Of a stretch of DNA of 64,000 bases, positions 39,398-48,350 are shown one piece after another. Position numbers and translations under genes: made by a program. Below the pieces are notes generated by a model. It saw only the letters and a list, made by a program, of their open reading frames with translations. It ran no database searches and was not told the origin of the DNA. The DNA is from a virus, in the IMG/VR virus record IMGVR_UViG_3300025141_015097, positions 3,509 to 67,508 of that record; one strand, written 5' to 3'. Numbering within the stretch: the stretch's first letter is position 1; every line of letters starts with the position of its first letter.

Positions 39398-42300
39398 TTA
39401 CATGCCCCCAAAGCCGCCGGCGCACTTGCCCCATTGCTCCTGCTCGCCCGGACCGCCGATGATGCCGATACATTTATAAGTTTTACCACCTTTGCACTGA
39501 TCATCGGCGGTGCATTTGCCTCCGTCTTCCACTGAGTGCTTTGGAATGTCTGCTCCGGGGTCGGGAGGCTGGCATGTCCAATATCCTTTACTATCAGGAT
39601 CTTCCTTACAATTTTTAGATTTGCAGTCTGTATTGCTGCCGCAATATTGACCATTAAGTCCGCACTCTTTACAATCTTTACCAACACATACGCCATCCGT
39701 AAAGCCCAGCTTGCTCCACCATCCCGGCTTTTGACAATTTTTAGATTTGCAGTCTGCACTTTTACCAATGACCTTACAGATCCAGCCATTGGGTTTTTCG
39801 CCCGGGCCCCAAGCAGAGTCAGATTTATGGCCAGCAACGCACTTTTTCTTGCCATCAGATAATTCCATACAGCCATAGCCGGTTTCGCAACTATAATCAC
39901 TGATACAATCAACAGTGCCGAATGAGGCCTCTACCGGGGGTGGCGCCGTCTTTTTTTCCACTTCGTAGGTATTTATAGCCCTTTTTTGTAGTCTATTCAT
40001 AAGTCCAATAAACTTTGTATCATCTATTTTAGAATTATCTTCATAAATTTTAGTAAGATCCGCTAATGCTTGGGCGTTCCAGCGCGATTCCATTTTTTGT
40101 GGTGATACCTGTTTGTGCCAATAATCATTGCTGCTGTGCTCGGTCTTATCGAAACCAAATAAGCCATCAGTAAAAAAGTTTATTTTTTCTTTTGCTCCAA
40201 ACTCATCGCCCGGCACCGTATAATATATCGGATCTAAAAATGGCAAAAACCCCTTTAAAAATGCTTTGCGTAAGCGAGCCATATAAAAAAGATCTGGCAC
40301 ACCTAAGCCTTGAACATCTTCGACAGGGACGTTCTCGCGGTGAGCGGCGCCACAAAGAAGTATGTTGTCTTTATCTTTGCAGTTCTTTTTGACTTCAGTA
40401 TTAAATGGGGCGCCAAAATTTTTACCCTCAAATCTTTTATCTTTTGCATCATTGGTTACCAAATATGGTATGTGATACTCATCTTTGCCATCCTTTTTTA
40501 TCTTTTTTAGCGGCCTAAATTTCCAGAAATCTGAACTCATTTTGGTCGGGGTCACTTTTATAAATGGATCGTCCTTTGCCGTTAATATATTTCCGGACTC
40601 ATCTCTTATCAACTTCTTCTTAGCGGCTATGAGCCACGTCTGGCCATCACCGGGCCACACAGCTGCCTCAAGGTGCAGGCTGTTTATGTTGTCTGAATAC
40701 GCTGTGGTCTTGGGATCATAACTAAACCGGCTGGTAGTTGGTTGAGCATGAATCCAGAAGCCGTCTTTCATATCCTTCTCGTAGGCGCCGAGGTCGAGAA
40801 GATATTTTATATAAAACGTACCATCAACATCTTGCCACCACTCTTCACCTTGTTCATAAGCTTTGTGTGCAGGGTATCCTCTACAAAAATCATTATCACC
40901 AACGCCGGCACCGAGATAAGCGCTGCGAAAACCCAATTGTTTCGGAGCGTCGGCGCGATTGACCGCTTGGCACTTAAGTGGACCACTAATTTCACCATAC
41001 ACAAAATTTTCAGTGTTCATTTCTTTCCACACATCTAAATATTTTGCACCATATATTTGGCGAAAGCCATGGCCCGGCTCATAAACCATAAGGGCGGGCG
41101 TATGATGAGAGGGGTCAAACGACTCTTCATAAAAATCAGCTGGGTGGCCGGCTCGATGTGTGCTTAGAAAATGATGTGTGTTTAAATAGCCCCTCTCAAT
41201 AGTCCTTGGGGGGCCATGTTCTTCTTTTGTTCCGCTCACACGATAATCGTGTATTTGTCTTAAGAATCTCCACTTGCTGGCCTCTTCTTTGAAATATGGC
41301 TCTTTTTCCGATTTATTTTCCAGCAAAAGATATTCTTTAATGCGCATTTCAAGCACGCCTATATGCTGTCCCATGCCATCTCTAACTTGGGGGCCCACAG
41401 TTGCGCTAATTACTTGTTGTAAATCTACATGTTTTAAAATATCAAAATCAGGATTTAAAAGATCACACAGATCTTTAATCGCTTTAAGCGTATTGTCTGT
41501 CATGTCTTTCGTTAATTCACAAACTTCTGGTGGGCATTTCGGATCTGTAGCATCCTGTAAATACGCGAGCATATCAAGATAGCCCCCCAAAAATTCCCAA
41601 AATTCGACAATTGCTTCTTCAGACTCTAAATTTAATTCACCAGCTTGCCCAAGGCCCTTTAGCGTCTTCAAAGTGGCACAAGTTGATTCGCCCATAAGCA
41701 TCATAACAATATCTCGCTGTTCTAAGCTTGAATCAAATGCTGCAGTTAAATATGCCTCAATTAATGTTCGGGCCTCTTCTTTTGATATGCTTGTCGAAAC
41801 GTATTTGCGAGTCCAAGCTTCTTCAAATGCCGCAGAAGGAATATAATTTATAGGATTAACTTTTTGTAATTTTGGCCCATTAAGCGTTTTATCTGATAAA
41901 AATGTGCCAATTTCATTTTTGGCCGGATTATAATCTAATAAATCATCAAGAACCTCTTTTTCTATCCAATATATTCCTTGAGCTATCCAGATTAATAACT
42001 TTTCAATGAAAAAACAAAAAACAAGACAAATAACCTCAATTATTAATGTTTCAATAATTCGCATTGTACAATCCATAGGGCTGGTACAGGGTATTTTAAA
42101 ATAAGGTATTGCAGGAATTTCGAAATCAAAGTTAAGTGGGTCGCCGAGATGTGAAGATTTTTTATTGAACAGCTGTTCCAACTGGCCTCCGCATGCAATT
42201 TGCTCAATTATTTTACCTTGATCATTTTTTATATCTGCAAATTTGTTACCCATTGCTCCCAACATGGCTGTTAATATTTTCATCAAATAATATTGTACGG

Positions 42301-42967
42301 GGACTACATTTATAATTTTGTCAAGTTTGGGTGCAACGCAACTATGAAGCGAAGGCGGGCTGGCCACAAGGGCGACCAAATCTATCGTATCTTTTACCCA
42401 ATCCCACTCGACAGGGTCGGTACAGTCGCCCATCTTTTCAGAATACGTTTTAGTTTTGGGATCATAATGTTTTTTCTCATAGCCCTCGCAAGCCGCGGCG
42501 CCGGCCTCCTCCATGCTTTTGCATTGATGAGCATAATGACATTTTTCCTTGGCACCGCGAGCAGAGAATTTTATTATTTTCTTTGCCAAAGGGGAAATGC
42601 ACGTAGCATAGTTTTTGGCTACAATCGCATCCCAGTCAGGCTCGTTTTCAGACGCTGGTGGTGGCTTTTCACAAGTTGGATTCAGGGCGGGTTTGCAATC
42701 ATCATGCTGTTTGCATTTTATTGTATTGTTATGGGCGCATTGGCCTTCAATATCTTCTGATTGTTGCAAACATTTTTTGGATAAATCTTCGCCGGCCTCT
42801 TTAGCAATCATCGAGTTCATAGAACTCAATATATTCGAAGCCGCCATCATTCCCACGGCGCTGAGCTTACCAGCAGTAACAATATAATCGACAGTTTTAT
42901 CCGCCGTTGAATAGGCTGCAGCCTTTTTTTCTGCAGCTTTTACTTCTGGATCCTTTTCACCACTCAT
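39398..42967 (-). CDS. Large baseplate-region protein with Cys-rich N- and C-terminal modules
   Basis: 1189 aa between the spike-like gene and gp25; C-x5-C-x4/5-C modules; hydrophobic helix around IIEVICLVFCFFIEKLLIWI. Confidence 0.7.
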   Translation of the reverse strand: MSGEKDPEVKAAEKKAAAYSTADKTVDYIVTAGKLSAVGMMAASNILSSMNSMIAKEAGEDLSKKCLQQSEDIEGQCAHNNTIKCKQHDDCKPALNPTCEKPPPASENEPDWDAIVAKNYATCISPLAKKIIKFSARGAKEKCHYAHQCKSMEEAGAAACEGYEKKHYDPKTKTYSEKMGDCTDPVEWDWVKDTIDLVALVASPPSLHSCVAPKLDKIINVVPVQYYLMKILTAMLGAMGNKFADIKNDQGKIIEQIACGGQLEQLFNKKSSHLGDPLNFDFEIPAIPYFKIPCTSPMDCTMRIIETLIIEVICLVFCFFIEKLLIWIAQGIYWIEKEVLDDLLDYNPAKNEIGTFLSDKTLNGPKLQKVNPINYIPSAAFEEAWTRKYVSTSISKEEARTLIEAYLTAAFDSSLEQRDIVMMLMGESTCATLKTLKGLGQAGELNLESEEAIVEFWEFLGGYLDMLAYLQDATDPKCPPEVCELTKDMTDNTLKAIKDLCDLLNPDFDILKHVDLQQVISATVGPQVRDGMGQHIGVLEMRIKEYLLLENKSEKEPYFKEEASKWRFLRQIHDYRVSGTKEEHGPPRTIERGYLNTHHFLSTHRAGHPADFYEESFDPSHHTPALMVYEPGHGFRQIYGAKYLDVWKEMNTENFVYGEISGPLKCQAVNRADAPKQLGFRSAYLGAGVGDNDFCRGYPAHKAYEQGEEWWQDVDGTFYIKYLLDLGAYEKDMKDGFWIHAQPTTSRFSYDPKTTAYSDNINSLHLEAAVWPGDGQTWLIAAKKKLIRDESGNILTAKDDPFIKVTPTKMSSDFWKFRPLKKIKKDGKDEYHIPYLVTNDAKDKRFEGKNFGAPFNTEVKKNCKDKDNILLCGAAHRENVPVEDVQGLGVPDLFYMARLRKAFLKGFLPFLDPIYYTVPGDEFGAKEKINFFTDGLFGFDKTEHSSNDYWHKQVSPQKMESRWNAQALADLTKIYEDNSKIDDTKFIGLMNRLQKRAINTYEVEKKTAPPPVEASFGTVDCISDYSCETGYGCMELSDGKKKCVAGHKSDSAWGPGEKPNGWICKVIGKSADCKSKNCQKPGWWSKLGFTDGVCVGKDCKECGLNGQYCGSNTDCKSKNCKEDPDSKGYWTCQPPDPGADIPKHSVEDGGKCTADDQCKGGKTYKCIGIIGGPGEQEQWGKCAGGFGGM
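39608..39756. repeat. 23-nt exact direct repeat (acaatttttagatttgcagtctg) encoding DCKSKNC
   Basis: Copies at 39608-39630 and 39734-39756, 126 nt (42 codons) apart. Confidence 0.9.
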
Positions 42968-42981
42968 TTTATTTCCTATTT

Positions 42982-44037
42982 CTAATTTGTTTTATTCTTT
43001 TTACTTGCAAAGCTCGCCGCTGATATTGGTGATGTATTAACCTTTAACAATGCTTTGTTGATTTCTGCAAAAAGCGAGTCAATTAACAAAAATATTTGAT
43101 CCACTATATTTGCAGCCCAATTAGCAATAAGCTCGGGCGAAGGAAAAGTATAAGCTAGCACAGCAGGATGAGTGTGAAACGCTAAAAAAGCATATCTTAT
43201 TGCATTATCTCTGGCTATTTTATCTACTGAGTTTTTTACCTCACTTATACGATCAATTACATCATTTATAACTGTTTCTAATTTTCTTGCCTTGACTAGT
43301 GGCTCTAAAGTATCAGAGGCATTTTTATTTTTTTCATAATCTGATATTCTATTGCCCCAAATAAGATTTACACCCATGTGATTTATATTTTCTACTCCGG
43401 ACGATAATGTTTCAGATTGTGGTAGCCCACCATAAATATTGACCGCTTGACGACCAACTAGTTGTACAACATCTGCATATGCTGTAACATCCGACATGGC
43501 TTTCCACTCTGTGGAAGAAGCATCAATATTAGGTGGCTGCAATTTAAATTTTCGTTGAGGATTTCCTTTCTGATTTAAATAAATACCAGCGGCATCTTCA
43601 ATTGGAGTATAACCATGATATTTTAACATATCTTTCTCTTTAAGGGCATCGTCTCTTTCTTCCTTTGTTAATGGACTATGAAATATTTCGCCAACTTGAC
43701 TTAAACCATCTTTGGTCGGATCATCAGCATCTCCCTCTCTTAAATAATGTCCTCTTACGCCAGCTACAATGTGAATTCTAGAAGCGTAATCGCCGGCGCC
43801 AGTATGTTTCTTATCACGATCAACCCATGAATATTCTGGGTTATTATCCATAATGATTGCTGCAGCACTGTCTGGATTTTGAATAACTTTTCTGTCTCCC
43901 TTCGGCAAGAAATCAGGCTGTACTCTAAGCCCAGCATCGCCGTTAATGCCGGTCATGTACTTATCTCCCGCATTCAATCGGTCTTTTCGCTTTTTTACCG
44001 AAAGCTTTGTTGTATCATAAAAATTAATATATGGCAT
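42982..44037 (-). CDS. Baseplate spike-like protein (gpV/gp5 C-terminal-like)
   Basis: Beta-rich middle (AAGIYLNQK, ADVVQLVGR), EPLVK helix and HTHP apex motif; upstream of gp25/gp6. Confidence 0.55.
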   Translation of the reverse strand: MPYINFYDTTKLSVKKRKDRLNAGDKYMTGINGDAGLRVQPDFLPKGDRKVIQNPDSAAAIIMDNNPEYSWVDRDKKHTGAGDYASRIHIVAGVRGHYLREGDADDPTKDGLSQVGEIFHSPLTKEERDDALKEKDMLKYHGYTPIEDAAGIYLNQKGNPQRKFKLQPPNIDASSTEWKAMSDVTAYADVVQLVGRQAVNIYGGLPQSETLSSGVENINHMGVNLIWGNRISDYEKNKNASDTLEPLVKARKLETVINDVIDRISEVKNSVDKIARDNAIRYAFLAFHTHPAVLAYTFPSPELIANWAANIVDQIFLLIDSLFAEINKALLKVNTSPISAASFASKKNKTN

Positions 44038-44612
44038 TATTGTTGATCCTTCGCCGAGCGATTGGCGTCTTTCGGGCCGGTGCGCGCTGGTTTCTTCTTG
44101 GCCTTGGACTTTTTCTTCTTCGGCGGCTTTGGCTTCGGCGGTGGTGCCGCAAAGGATGGATCGTCGGTCTTATTGCTTGGATATCTAGAAAATGTTGGAT
44201 GATTAAAGTGTGAATCAAAAGTAAAAACAATAATCTTGCCCTCCGCTTTTTCCGCGAGTTGGCCCATCTTGGTGATATCAACCGTTAAAAAATTATACTC
44301 CCAATGCTTTGGTTGTTTGCCCCGAGCCTTATACCGAGCCGTCATAAAAGGCACTTCGACCAAAGCATATATTGGCCAATTTGTGCGTTTGGGCCAACTA
44401 TTTTTAAACCTCATCTTTTCTTCGGGCGGCTTGTCTTGAAAACCAGTATTTCCACGCTCTAAAACTTTTCGTATAGTGCCAAAAAATTCTTTTTCTTGCG
44501 GCCTAGGTTTATCTTTCTCATTGATCATGTCTTCAATGATCTGCCACAAATCTTTGCTAGCTTCACCCGGTTTCAGCGGGCGACTAGGTGCGGCTGGGTT
44601 GTTGCCACTCAC
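44037..44612 (-). CDS. Hypothetical protein with Pro/Lys-rich tail
   Basis: 191-aa ORF coupled by TAATG to the spike-like gene. Confidence 0.6.
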   Translation of the reverse strand: MSGNNPAAPSRPLKPGEASKDLWQIIEDMINEKDKPRPQEKEFFGTIRKVLERGNTGFQDKPPEEKMRFKNSWPKRTNWPIYALVEVPFMTARYKARGKQPKHWEYNFLTVDITKMGQLAEKAEGKIIVFTFDSHFNHPTFSRYPSNKTDDPSFAAPPPKPKPPKKKKSKAKKKPARTGPKDANRSAKDQQ

Positions 44613-44900
44613 TTAAACAACCTCCCTTATAGCTTCAAATATATTTTCCTTTTCATCGCTAGACAATGAAACATCTACTTCTTTTTCTTTATTCTTGTTT
44701 ATAATTCCAGCTATTTTAACCATTTGTTCATTTGAGCGTTGCAGCGTTTCAAGATATTTTGCAGCCACGACTCCTGATCTAGAGTGTGTAGTTTCTCCAG
44801 ATTGAATCTCTACTTTCAGCTCTTTTAAAAGATCTGCAGTTTCCTGTCTATCTTCTCTTATATTTTGTAAAGCCTCTGCAATTAGTTCTTCGCTATCCAT
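44613..44900 (-). CDS. Small coiled-coil hypothetical protein
   Basis: Likely start MDSEELI at 44900 with SD GGAG; helical sequence (AKYLETLQRSNEQMVKI). Confidence 0.7.
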   Translation of the reverse strand: MDSEELIAEALQNIREDRQETADLLKELKVEIQSGETTHSRSGVVAAKYLETLQRSNEQMVKIAGIINKNKEKEVDVSLSSDEKENIFEAIREVV

Positions 44901-44915
44901 TTTATTAGTCTCCAT

Positions 44916-44925
44916 TATAAATAGA
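44916..44925 (-). promoter_or_regulatory. Candidate late promoter variant TCTATTTATA
   Basis: In the gap between the sigma factor and the first gene of the structural block, just upstream of the SD. Confidence 0.4.
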
Positions 44926-44937
44926 CTTTCTAGAAAT

Positions 44938-45639
44938 TTAAATTTTGCCTTGATTCCAGTTAGAACGAAACTCGCGATATTTAACTTTAAACTTTTTAAG
45001 ACTATTGGCTATCTGTTTTGTGTTCAAACCAGTTATTTCTCTTAAATAAAGATAAATAGCCTTTTTATTTAAAATTTCAATATCTTGAGGGTTTTGCAAA
45101 AGCTCTTTAATCGCCTTAAGAACATATAAATCATTTGGCTTCATCTCGCTCTGCGTTTCGGACTCTTCCCACTCATTTATTTCTTTTAAAAGATTTTGCC
45201 AAAATTCATGCTGTTCTCTCTTTTTTTCATATTTATGCTCAACATGAAGATATTTTCTTTGTGAAATGTAATCTAGGCTTTCCAAGCTTATTTCTCTTTT
45301 GCGCTTTAATGATGTTTTCTTAACTTTGTGAATAAACCAGTTTTTAGTTATAACACTAAAATAAGAAAAAGCTTTAGAGCCCTTGTTTGGATCATATTTA
45401 TCTAATATGGTGGTCAGCCAAACTTTACACTCTTCGCGAAGAGAATCAACATTAGGAAGCGTTGTAAATTTATATGTATAAGTTATTTTATCAACCAGCT
45501 CATTAAAGGCTGGCTGAATAAATTCAGCATAAAGCTTTGTTCTTTCTGTATTTAACGTGGTTTTTGTATATGCTACTATAGCGTCTTCATGTACTTGCGT
45601 AAAATAATGATTCTTTTTTCTACGTCTCCCTTTTTTCAT
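44938..45639 (-). CDS. Late-transcription sigma factor, T4 gp55-like
   Basis: Region-2-like LDKYDPNKGSKAFSYFSVITKNWFI; likely start MKKGRRRKKNHYF at 45639. Confidence 0.75.
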   Translation of the reverse strand: MKKGRRRKKNHYFTQVHEDAIVAYTKTTLNTERTKLYAEFIQPAFNELVDKITYTYKFTTLPNVDSLREECKVWLTTILDKYDPNKGSKAFSYFSVITKNWFIHKVKKTSLKRKREISLESLDYISQRKYLHVEHKYEKKREQHEFWQNLLKEINEWEESETQSEMKPNDLYVLKAIKELLQNPQDIEILNKKAIYLYLREITGLNTKQIANSLKKFKVKYREFRSNWNQGKI

Positions 45640-45913
45640 TAGAATTGTCTCCATATTTTTCAACAAAGTCAGCAATGTCTTCGTGATATTCTCTAGAATG
45701 CTCTAAAAGTTCTAATAAAATCTCATTACCATAAAATAATTCCATATTATAAACACGTTCAAGGTGTTCTAAATATTCTCGGGAATCATTCTGAAGTTTA
45801 TATATATTTTCAGATACATTCAAAAGCTTTCGAATCAAAAAGACCATAAGCCACGACAGGCCACCAAACAATAAAGCCGATACAATTGTTATAATAATCG
45901 AAAATAAACTCAT
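45620..45913 (-). CDS. Small membrane protein (N-terminal TM + coiled coil)
   Basis: Hydrophobic first ~27 aa; ATGA overlap. Confidence 0.7.
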   Translation of the reverse strand: MSLFSIIITIVSALLFGGLSWLMVFLIRKLLNVSENIYKLQNDSREYLEHLERVYNMELFYGNEILLELLEHSREYHEDIADFVEKYGDNSNEKRET

Positions 45914-46173
45914 GGTTTGTACTCCTGGCCTGTGGTCTCTTGCTTTTGCATATGCAAATCGCGGCGTGTCTCTTCAATAAATTCATTGACGCTAGCGCCG
46001 ACTTTTTTTGTCTTTTCAGCTTTCTTTAGTGGCGGGTTTGTTAACTGTGGGATTCGCTGTAGTCTATCTTGGCAACTACAAAGACTGCACGTATTTAACG
46101 TTTCTTTGATTGAGTGAAAAGTTTCAAATTCGCTCTCACACCCATCACACAAATAAACATAAAAAGGCATCAA
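45910..46173 (-). CDS. FmdB-like zinc-ribbon protein
   Basis: MPFYVYLCDGC..FE....CSLC pattern. Confidence 0.8.
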   Translation of the reverse strand: MMPFYVYLCDGCESEFETFHSIKETLNTCSLCSCQDRLQRIPQLTNPPLKKAEKTKKVGASVNEFIEETRRDLHMQKQETTGQEYKP

Positions 46174-46364
46174 CTTTCCTCTTCTGTCGGATCAGCATTC
46201 TTAAACTTAACCGTTGGCGGGTTTTTAATCCACAGGCCGTCCTCGGTATTAACAAATTCAAAATCTTTTAACGATTCTGTTATATCACTTTGTTCTAATA
46301 GCGCCTTTTGGAGCGCCATCATTAAGGCGCCCAAGGCTTGATCTGATAATTTTAATGTTTTCAT
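46170..46364 (-). CDS. Small hypothetical protein
   Basis: 64 aa, SD TAAGGAG, overlap coupling. Confidence 0.75.
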   Translation of the reverse strand: MKTLKLSDQALGALMMALQKALLEQSDITESLKDFEFVNTEDGLWIKNPPTVKFKNADPTEEES

Positions 46365-46389
46365 TTTAACTCCTTATTTATCCACTTTT

Positions 46390-46431
46390 TTAAAATATCG
46401 CTGGGCTTCCAGCGGTTACTAAATATCTCAT
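46390..46431 (-). pseudogene. 13-aa mini-ORF MRYLVTAGSPAIF, possible remnant of an SDR epimerase gene
   Basis: TAATG-coupled to the fcl stop; start resembles the MRYLVTGG Rossmann N-terminus. Confidence 0.3.
46392..46414 (-). terminator. Candidate intrinsic terminator after the glycosylation island
   Basis: Minus strand CGCTGG-AAGC-CCAGCG hairpin followed by ATATTTT. Confidence 0.5.
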
Positions 46432-47354
46432 TACTCTATTCCTCGTACATTTGGATACTTGTTTTCAAACCACTCACAAACCTCTTTTAAGGCCACACAA
46501 AAGTCCGTATAATCCTCTTGTTTCCACCCTAGTTGTATTAGTTTTTTGTTTGTAGATGGCTTTTTCAATTGACCCGTGGGCGCGGTTGTATCCCAAATAA
46601 TTTCTCCTTGAAAATTATAAATTTCGGATACCATGTCAACTATTTCTTTAATAGAAATTTGTTGTATGTTGCCTACATTTATCGGTTCGCGTGCGTTATA
46701 ATGCTCCAGCAAAAACATTATAATTCTTGCCAAATCATTAGAAAAGGTGAACTCTCTAAGAGGAAGGCCGTCGCCCCAAAAAACAGCACTCGTTTTATTT
46801 TTTCTAGCCTCATAAACCTTTCTTATTATAGCCGGCAAGACATGTGAATTTTCTAAATGAAAATTATCATGCGTGCCAAACAAGTTATTAGGTACGATGG
46901 TTGTAAAATTACAGCCGTATTGATCTCTATAAGCTCGTGACTGTACATCAAGCATTCTCTTTACATGTGCGTATGGATAATTGGAAGAATGTGGCGGTCC
47001 ATTATGTATTTGCTCTTCAGTCAGTGGATAACGAGGGTTATCTGGATAAACACAGGTACTTAAAACTGAAATGACCTTTTTTGCTTGAAATTTTCGGCAC
47101 GCCTCTAGCACATTTGTATTTATGAGAATGTTATCATAATAAAACTCTCCTAAATAATCCATATTCGCCTTAAGGCCTCCCACTCGCGCTGCCAAATGAA
47201 TAACTGTATGTGGTTTATGCAGACAAAAAATTTCTTCTACATCCTTTAAACTCCGTAAATCGCCATCCTTCGAAGACAAAAACACTGCATCGGGGATCAA
47301 TTTTTGAAGGGCGTGGCCAACCATGCCAGAGCCACCTGTTACCATTATAGTCAT
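46431..47354 (-). CDS. fcl: GDP-L-fucose synthase
   Basis: VTGGSGMVG, HLAARVGG, STCVYP, YAHVK, SHVLPA, WGDGLPLREF. Confidence 0.93.
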   Translation of the reverse strand: MTIMVTGGSGMVGHALQKLIPDAVFLSSKDGDLRSLKDVEEIFCLHKPHTVIHLAARVGGLKANMDYLGEFYYDNILINTNVLEACRKFQAKKVISVLSTCVYPDNPRYPLTEEQIHNGPPHSSNYPYAHVKRMLDVQSRAYRDQYGCNFTTIVPNNLFGTHDNFHLENSHVLPAIIRKVYEARKNKTSAVFWGDGLPLREFTFSNDLARIIMFLLEHYNAREPINVGNIQQISIKEIVDMVSEIYNFQGEIIWDTTAPTGQLKKPSTNKKLIQLGWKQEDYTDFCVALKEVCEWFENKYPNVRGIE

Positions 47355-47378
47355 GTAGTTTTTTTTCTCTTATTAGTC

Positions 47379-48350
47379 TTAAATTATTTTCATCCAATGA
47401 TCAACCATTTCGTCCATCATTTTATCAAATGAATACTCGGGGTTCCATCCTAAAACCTCTCTGGTTTTTGAAGAGTCACCCTTTAAATATTTTAATTCTT
47501 CAGGGCGCATGTATTTTGGATTTTGAACCACATAGTCCTTATAATCCAACCCTAGTTTAGTAAAAACCGTTTCGCACAAATCTCTAACGGTGTGCGAGAC
47601 ACCGGTCGCGACAATAAAATCGTCAGGAGTATCGTGATTTATAATCATATGCATGGCCCTTACATAGTCCTTAGAGTGGCCCCAATCTCTTGAAGAGTCC
47701 ATATTCCCCAATTCTAGTTTGTCCCTCAAGCCTTTTTTAATCTGTACTGCTGTTTTAACAACTTTGTTTGTTACAAAGTTAGACCCTCGGCGCGGAGATT
47801 CATGATTAAATAAAACACCATTACAGGCGTAAAGCTTATAAGCGCTTCTGTAATGTCTAACTAAATTATATCCCATAACTTTTGCGCAGCCATAAGGACT
47901 CACCGGATTCATAGGTGTTGTAAGTCTTTGGGCGCCGTCAGCATCAGCCGAGTTGCCAAACATTTCCGAAGACGATGCTTGATAAAATTTAGCATTAGGG
48001 GCTAACGTCCTAAAGACCTCCAACATGTTCAAAACGCCGATCGCATTAGTTTGGATAGTGAAAGATGGCATGTCAAAACTTACGCGCACATGGCTCATTG
48101 CCGCAAGATTATAAATTTCATCAGGTTGTACTTCAGACACGATCCGAACTAAAGAAGGATAATCTAACAAGTCGCCATAAAAAGTTGTAATCTTATCTCT
48201 AATCTGTAAAAGGCGGCTATCTTGATTTTCAGATACCGAAAGTCGCCTTACAACACCATAAATTTCATAACCCTTCTCTAATAAATATTCAGTTAAATAA
48301 CTTCCATCTTGGCCCGTAATTCCTGTAATTAATGCTCTTTTTTTCCTCAT
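47379..48350 (-). CDS. gmd: GDP-mannose 4,6-dehydratase
   Basis: ITGITGQDGSYL, YNLAAMSHV, QASSSEMFG, SPYGCAK, FNHESPRRG. Confidence 0.96.
   Translation of the reverse strand: MRKKRALITGITGQDGSYLTEYLLEKGYEIYGVVRRLSVSENQDSRLLQIRDKITTFYGDLLDYPSLVRIVSEVQPDEIYNLAAMSHVRVSFDMPSFTIQTNAIGVLNMLEVFRTLAPNAKFYQASSSEMFGNSADADGAQRLTTPMNPVSPYGCAKVMGYNLVRHYRSAYKLYACNGVLFNHESPRRGSNFVTNKVVKTAVQIKKGLRDKLELGNMDSSRDWGHSKDYVRAMHMIINHDTPDDFIVATGVSHTVRDLCETVFTKLGLDYKDYVVQNPKYMRPEELKYLKGDSSKTREVLGWNPEYSFDKMMDEMVDHWMKII

Noticed and set aside
39397-39912. ORF-track 172-aa N-terminal extension of the 37399 gene overlapping the Cys-rich module (dual coding or +1 frameshift fusion)
   Set aside because: The Cys/Gly/Lys-rich frame has few NTA/NTG codons, so the +1 frame lacks stops by composition; a well-placed ATG lies 1 nt after the upstream stop
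39970-39977. Exact T4 late promoter TATAAATA on the minus strand
   Set aside because: Inside a coding region far from a start; expected by chance in AT-rich DNA
28915-44145. Shared ggctttggcttcgg sequence at ~28923 and ~44125
   Set aside because: Short match explained by both encoding low-complexity PPKPKPP linkers
44613-44900. Terminase small subunit assignment
   Set aside because: Only a generic helical pattern and far from terL; cannot be supported without a profile search
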